DNA of 33,230 bases from the NCBI GenBank assembly GCA_020536535.1, contig JAHLWZ010000125.1, forward strand, positions 1-33,230. Direction: 5' to 3'. Source of the DNA: Pelomyxa schiedti (Eukaryota; Protista; Evosea). How positions within the stretch are numbered: position 1 is the first letter of the stretch; each line of letters opens with the position of its first letter. Shown piece by piece: positions 1 to 10,000 of the stretch. Under the pieces are notes generated by a model. That model was not told where the DNA came from. It ran no database searches and saw only the letters and a program-made list of their open reading frames with translations. The position numbers and the translations under genes are program-made.

Positions 1-1424
1 CAACATCACATTTCATGAATCTTTTTGCACAAGGTGCCCTCTTGACAAGGTAATGAATCACTTGAAATCAGAAGAGCTTCTTCCACCAATGCAAAAACAC
101 ATCAGATTGTGAAGATGGAAGTTGAGAAGCGATTTGGGGTGGATGAAAACCAACAGGTTGTCTCTCTGGTTGTTGGTGCTACACAAGAAGTGTCACTCTC
201 TGACACTTCATCAACACTTTCTCAGTTGTTCTCTCTTCTCCCACAATCCACTGCATTGTCATCGCCAGGTATGTAAGCCCTCGTTTTGCCATCCCATTCC
301 AACAACAAAAAGGAAAAGAAGACGAAGAGGAAGCAAGCAACACAGCAGTGGCACAAGTGAAGGTGAGGATGAAACCAGTGATGACAATCATGGAGTCTGA
401 TCTGAGCCATGTTTCCACACTGGGGAGTGGCTGTTACGGAACTGTTTACAAGTACATCCACACGCCATCATCAAAGGAAGTTGCTGTGAAAACACTCTTT
501 GAGGTGTTAACATCACCACACAACGTTGAGAGATTCAGATTGGAAGCTGAGGTTTTCTTTTTCAACTTCACTCCAGATCAAATTGACACAAACAAACAAA
601 CACACAGATCGTGAGTGGATTGAGGCACCCCAACATTGTGAAGTGCCTTGGAACGTGCACAACAACAATATCAGGGAAACTGTTGATTGTTTCCGAGCTC
701 ATGTGTTGCAGTCTCAGACAGCTTCTGAAGCATGTGAGGAGTGATTCAATGAAGCAACGACTTGACTTCAAACAATTTGTCTCTATCTCACTTGGCGTTG
801 CCAATGGAATGGACAGCCTCCACAGGTGTAAATCCAACGAAACAAAACCAACAACAACTTATCAGTTGCTCACTCTGGCACAACAGGCAGAACATCATGC
901 ACCGAGATTTGAGCAGCAACAATGTTCTTTTTGACTCGAATGGAGTTCCAAAGATTTGTGACTTCGGTGTGTGTTTTTCCATCCCATCCCAATCACAACA
1001 CAAANNNNNNNNNNNNNNNNNNNNNNNNNNNNNNNNNNNNNNNNNNNNNNNNNNNNNNNNNNNNNNNNNNNNNNNNNNNNNNNNNNNNNNNNNNNNNNNN
1101 NNNNGTCATGCCTCTCAATTCTCGGTGTGTGTTCGTGTGTGTCTGTGTGTCAGTCTGTGAGTGGTGCTTGTGAGTTCTCACAATTTTACAGAGAGGAACC
1201 GGGTTCCGTTCACAGTGATTGTTCAACTCCTGCGATGTTGTTGCACATCGGCGGCCATCCATGACGTCACCACAACCCACCGCCGTGATTCATCATCATG
1301 CACATGCACCACCACCACCACCGTTGTGACTGACGACCAAGTGACTGAGTGCGTAACGCAGTGGCTGTACTCCCTCTCCCCGTTCATACACCACCTCGCT
1401 GCTGGTGCTGCTGCCACCTCATGA
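1..1424 (+). CDS. Partial MORN/UBL-kinase family gene K0 (5' end outside window; internal gap)
   Basis: Exons match K1: ITFHESFCTRCPLDK, VKMEVEKRFGVDENQQ, LGSGCYG, VAVK, HRDLSSNN, DFG, and last exon ERNRVPF ending TGA at 1424. N gap 1005-1104 hides part of the C-lobe. Confidence 0.8.
1005..1104. other. Assembly gap (100 N placeholder; others at 10117-10216 and 32561-32660)
   Basis: All three runs are exactly 100 N. Paralog comparison implies roughly 0.7 kb or more is missing at the first two. Confidence 0.95.
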
Positions 1425-1616
1425 GGCTCAATAATGCATAATCACACTGGTACCATTGCCAGTTCCACTTCTCCGCCCATACAATACTCCTGCTGCCAGA
1501 GTGATCATCATCACCCTGGATACGGCCTTCTCAGAAAGATCACGAACAAACACTTAAACCGGTTCAAGTCACTTTGACGAAACCCACCCGACACCTCCCC
1601 GTCTCAACCTTCACAA

Positions 1617-4600
1617 ATGCGGGGGCGGTTCGGCGGCTCATCGGACGCACCAACGCCAACAAACAAAGCTGTGGGCTACAACGGCGAGATGAAGGACGGC
1701 GTGGTGCACGGCCGAGGGTTCAACAGGTGGGACAACGGCAAGACCTACGAGGGCGAGTGGCGCCACGGCGAGTGCGACGGGTGGGGCGTGACCCGCTGGC
1801 CCGACGGCGAGTGGTTCGAGGGGCTCTACAGGGGCGACCGCCGCACGAGGGGCGCGTGCCACAGCGCAGACGGCGTCTACGTGTTGGACGGGGAGTGGGC
1901 GTGGAACGACGCGGCGCACACTGGCCAGATGCAGGGGTGGGGTGTGCGACGGCAAGTCAAGACGGGAGGCAATGTGACAACTATGGAAACGGTGTATGAG
2001 GGCCAGTGGGAAGAGCACAAGTGGCATGGCTGCGGGACATGGCACTCGCCTGATGGCTCGGGTGACATGTACCATGGCCAGTTTGACCACGGAAAGAGGA
2101 GTGGAACTGGGGGCATGTTGTTTGGGGGCACTGGAGGAGGGAGTTACGTTGGGGAGTGGAAAGATGACGTGTTCCATGGGAGGGGTGTCAGGATTTGGGG
2201 TGATGGGACGAGGTACGAGGGTGCTTGGGAGTGTGGCAAGGAGCATGGGGAAGGCACTAAAACGTGGGCATCTGATGGGACTTCAATCACTGGTGTTTGG
2301 GAGAAAGGTGCCATGGGGTCAGGAACAAAGAGGTGGCCAAATGGTGACGAATTCACTGGCAATTTCACAATGGATGGCGGCTGTGGGGAGGGCACGGCTA
2401 CATTCAGGAGTGGTGGGCCTTCTTCCAAAACAACAGTGACACTTGTTGGAACTTTTAAAGAGAATGTTTTTCAAGAATGTGGTGGAAGAGGCGTGTGTTG
2501 TCAAATTGGATGTGGTGACATTAAGCTGGAGGTTTGTGAATCTCCTCCTTGTTTTTTTCTATTAAACACTTGATGAACAGGAAAAAGTGAGAATGTTGGA
2601 GAGTAAACTTTCAGAGCTCCAAGTCAAACTTGACCAAGAGCAACAAGAGAAAACAGAGGCCATTTCGCAAGCAACAAAATCTTTGAGAGATCTTCAAAAC
2701 AAATGTGAGGAGCAAACAGAATGTGTGTATTTCTGAAAAGCAAAAATCCACACTAATTCCAAAAGTGATGGGTCTGCAGACCAAGCAGTTCATGGATCAA
2801 GAGGAGTGTATGTTTTCCCCTCAATTACAGCATCACCCAACACCCCAAATCCCAGATTTTGAACACACGTTGCAACACCTTCAAAAGGGGATGTGGGGAA
2901 AAACAAACTGTTCTCCAGGAAACACAAACAGCGGGTGTGTGATGGAGGAAGTTTCAATTACACTGGAAAGGCACAACATCACATTTCATGACTCACTTTG
3001 CACGAGGTGCCCTCTTGACAAGGTACCTTCTTGCAAGAACAAAAACACACTTGAAAGACACTCATTCAACACCAAAAGATTGTGAAGATGGAAGTTGAGA
3101 AGCGATTTGGGGTGGATGAAAACCAACAGGTCACCTTTTTGGTTGGGGCCACACGGGAAGTGTCACTCTCTGACACTTCATCAACGCTGTCTCAGTTGTT
3201 CTCTCTTCTCCCACAATCCACCACGTCATCATCAGGTTTCTTTTCCTTTGTTTTGCCATACCATTTCCCACAACAAAGAAAAGGAAAAGAAGGGGAAGCA
3301 AGCAACACAGCAGTGGCACAAGTGAAGGTGAGGATGAAACCAGTGATGACAATCATGGAGTCTGATCTGAGCCATGTTTCCACACTGGGGAGCGGGTGTT
3401 ATGGAACTGTTTACAAGTACATCCACATGCCATCATCAAAGGAAGTTGCTGTGAAAACACTCTTTGAGGTGATTGCATCACCACACAACGTTGAGAGATT
3501 CAGATTGGAAGCTGAGGTTTTCCTTTTCAACTTAGATTCGCCCCAGATCAAACTGACACAAACAAACAAACACACAGATCGTGAGTGGATTGAGGCACCC
3601 CAACATTGTGAAGTGCCTTGGAACGTGCACAACAACAATATCAGGGAAACTGTTGATTGTTTCTGAGCTCATGTGTTGCAGTCTCAGACAGCTTCTGAGG
3701 CATGTGAGGAGTGATTCAATGAAGCAACGACTTGACTTCAAACAATTTGTCTCTATCTCACTTGGTGTTGCCAATGGAATGGACAGCCTCCACAGGTGTG
3801 TAAATCCAACGAAACGAAACCAACAACAACTTATCAGTCGCTCACTCTGACTCGCACCAGGCAGAACATCATGCACCGAGATTTGAGCAGCAACAATGTT
3901 CTTTTTGACTCGAATGGAGTTCCAAAGATTTGTGACTTCGGTGTGTGTTTTTCCATCCCATCCCAATCACAACACAAATATTTTCTTTCTTCTGACACAT
4001 TCCAACCACACCCAACAGGAGTATCCCGCGGAATGCAATCCCTTAAGAGTGGTCCACAAACCATTGTTCCTGGAACAACAGTCCACATGGCACCACAGAT
4101 GTTCACAAACAACTACGCAATCGAGGGTGTGGTCTTCACCCACTTGCTCCTTTAATTTTTACACAATATACACAGGGGATTTGTGGGGGTTTGGAATGCT
4201 CATGGCAGAGATGATCAACGGCGATATTGTTGAATCCACGCTTGACAAGCTCCCTTTACACATGCAAGCAAATTTCTTGGGTGAAGCGATGAGGACCCTT
4301 TCACCTCCTGATGTCGCTGGTTTGCTTGCTTCTCTTTCTCTTTATTTATCGGAATAATATTAATCCAAAATAAATACAAAATCAAGAAATCAATGTATCC
4401 AGAAATAAATGGTTTGATCAAAAAATTTTAATTGAAATTACAATGAGAAGATAAAGAGTGTATAATTTGATGGGACTGCGCTTTCTTTTTTTAACAACAA
4501 ACAAAAGAGGTGAGGAGGCTGTGCTCTGAAGCTGGTGAGTCGGCGATTGCGCACTGTCTCAGCAGGAGGAATGCGGGTCTTGCTGCCGTGAACTATTTCA

Positions 4601-5024
4601 CACACTCTCCTGAATCGCCGCTCTTGACGTCGTCGTGTGGAACAACAACAACAGCATTGCCGACAACAGTGGGTGACCTCATATTCCTTGTTGTTCAGTC
4701 ATGCTTCTCCATTATCGGTGTGTCAGTCTGTGAGTGGTGCTTGTGAGTTCTCACAATTTCACAGAGAGGAACCGGGTTCCGTTCACAGTGATTGTTCAAC
4801 TCCTGCGATGTTGTTGCACATCGGCGGCCATCCACGACATCACCCGAACCCATCATGACGGGCCATTATCACCATGCACATGCACCACCACCACCACCAC
4901 CGTTGTGACTGACGACCAAGTGACTGACTGCATCACGCAGTGGCTGTCATCCCTCTCTCCGCTCATCCTCCTCGCTGCTTCTGCTGTTACCAGTTCCACT
5001 TCTCCACCACCGTCACTCCACTGA
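1617..5024 (+). CDS. K1: MORN repeats - coiled coil - putative ubiquitin-like domain - TKL-type protein kinase (multi-exon)
   Basis: Exon 1 (1617-2531) has MORN repeats (YEGEWxxGxxHGxG). Downstream exons splice in frame at GT-AG introns (e.g. 2532-2580, 2723-2765, 3023-3078). Kinase motifs GSGCYG, VAVK, HRDLSSNN, DFG|VSRG, HMAPQ, DLWGFG. Stop TGA at 5024. Confidence 0.88.
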
Positions 5025-5105
5025 CTGACAGATGCATCATCACCGAGAGGGATTTCACAGAAACCAACAAAGACCCTCTTTGTGTAGACACTTTTCAACG
5101 CACAA

Positions 5106-8100
5106 ATGTGGGGGTGGTTTGCCCGCTCAGCAGCACCTGCAGCCGCGACAACAACCGACGCACCAACGCAACCAAGGTCGTCCACCAACAAAGCCGTGTC
5201 CTACAACGGCGAGACGAAGGACGGCGTGAGGCACGGCCGAGGGCTGGTGAGGTGGGACGACGGCAAGACCTACGAGGGCGAGTGGCACAACGGCGAGTAC
5301 GACGGGTGGGGCGTGGCGCGCTGGCCCGGCGGCGGCTGGTTCGAGGGGCTGTGGAGCGGCGGCGGCTGCACGAGGGGGGCGTACCACTGCAGCAACGGCG
5401 TCGACGTATTTGAGGGGGAATGGGCGTGGAATGCGACGGCGCGCACTTACCAAGTGCAGGGGTGGGGCGTGCAGAGGAGAGTGGTGAGTGGCAGGGGAAC
5501 AGATCGCGATCGTGAGGGCGGTGGGGCAACAACAACTGTGGAAACGGTGTATGAGGGCGAGTGGGAAAAGCACCAGTGGCATGGCTGTGGCACATGGCAC
5601 TCACCTGAGACGGGTGACATGTACCATGGTCAGTTCGATCATGGCAAGAGGAGTGGCACTGGGAGGGCACTGTTTGGGGTCAACGACGGCCAAGGGGGAG
5701 GGAGTTACGTTGGAGCTTGGAAGGATGGCAAGTTCCATGGGAGGGGTGTCAGGATTTGGGAAAATGGTGACAAGTATGAGGGTGATTGGGAGTGTGGGAA
5801 GGAGCACGGCTCAGGTACAAAAACGTGTGCATGTGACGGAACCTCAATGGTGGGTGTTTGGGAGATGGGTGTCATCAGGTCAGGAACAAAGAAGTGGCCA
5901 AATGGTGATGAGTTCACTGGCAATTTCACATTGCCTGGTGGTGGGTGGAAGGGAACGGCCACATTCCCTTGTGATTCACTTTTTTCCAACAGAAAAATCG
6001 CACTTGTTGGAACTGTTCAAGGGAATGTTTTCAAAGAAACAGGTGGTGGAGGCATGTGCTGTCACATTGGATACTGTAACATTCAATTGGAGGTGTGTTT
6101 TACTTTATAAAATTTTCCACATCATTTCTTAATATTTTTTTTTTGTTTATGCAGGAAAAAGTGAAAATGTTAGAAAGTGACAGGAAACAACATAAACACA
6201 CCCTGCAACACATTCAGCATGGAACGTGGGTCCAATCAGATCAAATGGAAAACAGGTGTTTCATGAAAGATGTTGCAGTCACACTAGAAACCAGAAACAT
6301 AACATTTCATGAATCTTTTTGTTCACAGTGCCCTCTTGACAAGGTAGAAACAAAACACCTTCTCAACCACAACAAAAAAAAAAAAAAGGTTGTAAGGATG
6401 ACAGTTGAGAAGCGGTTTGGAGTGGATGAAAACCAACAGGTTGTCTCCCTAGTTGGTGCTACAAAAGAAGAGCCAATCTCTGGGACATTAACACTGTCTC
6501 AGTTGTACTCTCTTCCCCCACATGCCACCACATCACCATCAGGTTTGCTGTTCTTATGTTGGTGCATTCCCTTCCATCCAAAACAAAAAAGGAAAACAAG
6601 TGGAACACGCAATCACAGCAGTGGCACAGTTGAAGGTGAGAATGAAACCTGTGATGGAAATCAAAGAGTCTGAGCTGAGCCACATTTCCACATTGGGACA
6701 TGGGTGTTGGGGAACTGTTTACAGGTGCCTTCACGCCCCATCATCAACAGAAGTTGCTGTGAAGAAACTTTTTGAGGTCATTGCATCAGATCACAACATT
6801 GCGAAATTCAAATTGGAAGCTGAGGTTTTCTTTATTCTTTTGCTGCTAATGCACAAGAAAAACAAATGCTTCAGATCACGAGGGAATTGAGGCATCCCAA
6901 CATTGTGAGGTGCCTTGGGATCTGCACTGGATCTGGTGGATCTGGGCACCTTCAGATTGTTTCTGAGCTCATGTGTTGCAGTCTCAGGCAACTTCTAGAA
7001 CTAATCAAAGGTGAAAAGTCAAAGAAGCAGCTCAGTTTCAGAGAGGTTGCAGCCATTGCACTGGGAGTAGCGAAAGGGATGGACACTCTTCACAGGTATG
7101 AGTGTGTGGTTTATCACGGTTTTGCTCTCCTTTACGCATCACTAAACAGGCAAAATATAATGCACCGAGACTTGAGCAGCAACAATGTACTCTTTGACTC
7201 CAAGGGAACTCCAAAGATTTGTGACTTCGGTATGTGAAGTACTGAAGAAGTTTCGTCTGTTCTCATCTGTGAAAAACAGGTGTATCACGAGGAATGAACA
7301 CACTGGCAATTAGCAATAGAACAATTGGACCAGGAACTCCAATTCACATGGCCCCACAGATGTCAACAAGTCATTACTCAATTCAAGGTTGCGGTTCTCT
7401 CTGTTGCCAACACAAAACTAAGAACACTTAGGAGATATGTGGGGGTTTGGTGTTCTTCTGGCTGAGATGATCAACTGTGACATTGTGGACTCAACCTTTG
7501 ACAAGCTCCCTCTCCGCTCTCAAGTCACTTTCATGGAGGACCAAATGAATAGCCTTTCAGCTCCTGATGTTGAAGGTTTATTTGGCAAGTCACACCAGCG
7601 AGAACTAACCAACAGAAAGAGGTTCGAAGACTGTGCAGGGAGTCAAGTGAATCAGCAGTTGCACACTGCCTCAGCAGGAGGAATGCTTGCCTTGATGTTG
7701 TGAATCGCCGCACACACTCTCCAGATGCACTGGCCCAAGTTCAAATTCTGGCAGCGGCAGACCTCATGTTCCTTGTTGTCCGTTCATGCCTTTCCATCCT
7801 TGGTGTGTGTGACACTCCCGCTTCCAAGCACTTGAACTAAAAATCACCACCACCAAAAAACAGAGAGAGACCGAATTCCGTTCAGTGTGATTGCGTTGTT
7901 GCTCCGTTGTTGTTGCACGTCAGCAACAATCCACGAAATTGAAAGCCAACAGACACCAACAACACGCACAGCATTTGGTACAGTGACAGTGACCGACGAC
8001 CAAGTGACCAACAGCATCGCTCAGTGGTTGTCATCGCTCTCCCCTTTCATTCACCGCCTCGTTGCTGTTTCCACAACAACCAGCACCCCTTCCTTGTCAT

Positions 8101-8108
8101 CACATTGA
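5106..8108 (+). CDS. K2: MORN - UBL-like - TKL kinase, second kinase subtype
   Basis: Starts MWGWF; MORN exon to about 6091. Kinase motifs GHGCWG, VAVK, HRDLSSNN, DFG, IHMAPQ, DMWGFG. I found no frame disruption after splicing by eye. Stop at 8108. Confidence 0.85.
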
Positions 8109-8282
8109 TCAATTGAAAGTGATGAGATAAAAAACTCCACGCCGCCGATCCTTATGTGTTCGTACTGAAGCGAGATAAAGAGGAAACAAAGTGTTTATTT
8201 ATTATAGTTGATTGTTCGTTGAATCACGAGTTAACTCAGGGCCCTGAGCAACCCTCAGAAGTCGGACAACTTCTGGGAATTC

Positions 8283-8354
8283 AATGGCACATGATTCTGT
8301 GCTGTGCGTCCACTGAATACTTGGAATTCATGGGAGACAGGGCTTATAAGCGAC
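8283..8354 (+). repeat. 72-bp non-coding dispersed repeat, copy 1 (copy 2 at 28374-28445)
   Basis: Ungapped alignment, 62/72 identical by manual count. Confidence 0.85.
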
Positions 8355-8859
8355 ACTCTGTGATTCACTTTGTTCCCTCCTTATCTCGTGTTGCAGTGAT
8401 TTTAATAGACGTCACACCCCAGAACAGTGGTGGACTTGTCCTGACACCCAAACAAGACCGTTGCACGACCGTGATCGAGGCCACACACTCCCCGTTTTTC
8501 TCCCTCCAACAACAAAAGCACGGTCACACACGACGTTCAGAACGAAACCCAGCCGCCCCCGAAGTTTTTTTGATGGGTTGTCGGAGTCTTGTTTCAAATC
8601 GGTGAGTGATCAAAAAGGCCGGCGTGTGTGCGGACGCACCAAAAATTCGATTTTGTGCGTCGTTTTTCTTGGTTCCGGAGCCTCTGTGTGTCCTGGAAAC
8701 ACGCTCCCGGGCAGCCCATCGACGGTCTGCCTGGTCTGCGCACTTCCCGCCAACTTGGAGGCCCCAGTGCGGAGAACCAGGCCCACGCACCTTTCACTTT
8801 TGGTGCGTCCACGCACCCACCAAAAATCTATGCGCTTTTGGCAGGAGGAGTGCCCTGGG

Positions 8860-9950
8860 TTGCTGCGCCGTGAAGGAACTCTCCCGAATCGCTGCTCCTA
8901 TTTACATCGGGTGGAACAGCATTGCCGGCAACAGCCATGGTCAGTGACGCTTCTCGAACTTGGGTGTGCGTTTATGGGTAATTGCACAATTACTAACTTT
9001 CACCAGTTTGAGAGAACCCTGATTGCATTATTTTTCTTGCATTCCTGTCAGGCTCCTCTCAACAATGAAGATCCTTTCTCACCTCCTCCCGTTGCTGGTT
9101 TGTTTGCTTCTCTTCATATTTCTCATAAAAATTTCTCGCAGTCACAACAACACAGGTCCGAAGACAGTGCTTTGAAGCTGGGGTTTGGTGAAGCCAGCAA
9201 TTGCACACTGTCTCAGCCAGGAGGAATGCTGGTAATTGATGCTCTGAACCATTTCGCTCACTCTCCCCAAATCGCCGCTCGTTACAGCACTGCCGGAAAC
9301 AGTGGGGACTCATATTCGTTGTTCAGTCACGCCTCTCCATTATCGGTGTGCGTTTGTGCTTGTGAGTGTGCCAAATTGGTGAGAAAGTGAACTGACGATT
9401 GGCCAGAGAGGAACTGGAGCTCCCAGAGGAGCGAGCCTGTGACCAAACAGAGTGTAGTTTTCTGTTGCTGTCACAACAAGCCGGAAAGAACTGTTGATGA
9501 CGTTGTACTCCCTTCTTCCACAACCAACCTTGTCATCAGGTTTGTTCTTCTTCTTGTGTGCCATCCGATCCCATTTCAACACCATAAAGGAAAATTGGGC
9601 ACTGTGAGGAATCCAACACAGCAGTGGCACAAGTGAAATAATACAACTAATAATACAGTCAGTGGTGAAGCAAGTGATCAGAAGCTTGCCTTGATGTCGT
9701 GAATCGCCGCACGCACTCCCCAGATGCCCTTGCCCAAGTGCAAACACCAGGAGCGGTCGATCTCATGCCCCTTGCTGTCCATTTGTGCCTTTCCATCCTT
9801 GGTGTGTGTATCTCCCACTCCCGCTTCCAAGCACTTGAACCAAAAAACACCACCACCAAAAAACAGAGAGAGACCGAATTCCGTTCCGTGTGATTGTGTT
9901 CTTGCTCCGTTGTTGTGTCGGCAACAGTCCACAAATTGTGGGGTTCAAAG
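8860..9950 (+). pseudogene. Mosaic of degenerate kinase-gene fragments (C-lobe exons, linker exon, K2-type 3' end)
   Basis: Fragments match K1/K2 nucleotide sequence (e.g. 9500-9636 linker; 9686-9940 K2-type last two exons) but with no continuous frame. 8860-9130 recurs at about 12050-12320. Confidence 0.75.
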
Positions 9951-10000
9951 TCGGTGTGATCACCGACTTCACCAAAATCAAACATCACGCTTCACAACAA

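Noticed and set aside
1680-2400. CRISPR-like periodicity
   Set aside because: The about 69-nt periodicity is degenerate MORN coding sequence; there are no identical repeats with unique spacers, and the DNA is eukaryotic.
1617-2531. PIP5K or junctophilin identity for the MORN proteins
   Set aside because: No PIP-kinase domain or C-terminal transmembrane anchor; the similarity is limited to generic MORN repeats.
8156-9390. ORFs 8156-8605 and 8461-9390
   Set aside because: No proper start or recognisable motifs; they run through non-coding repeats and pseudogene fragments.
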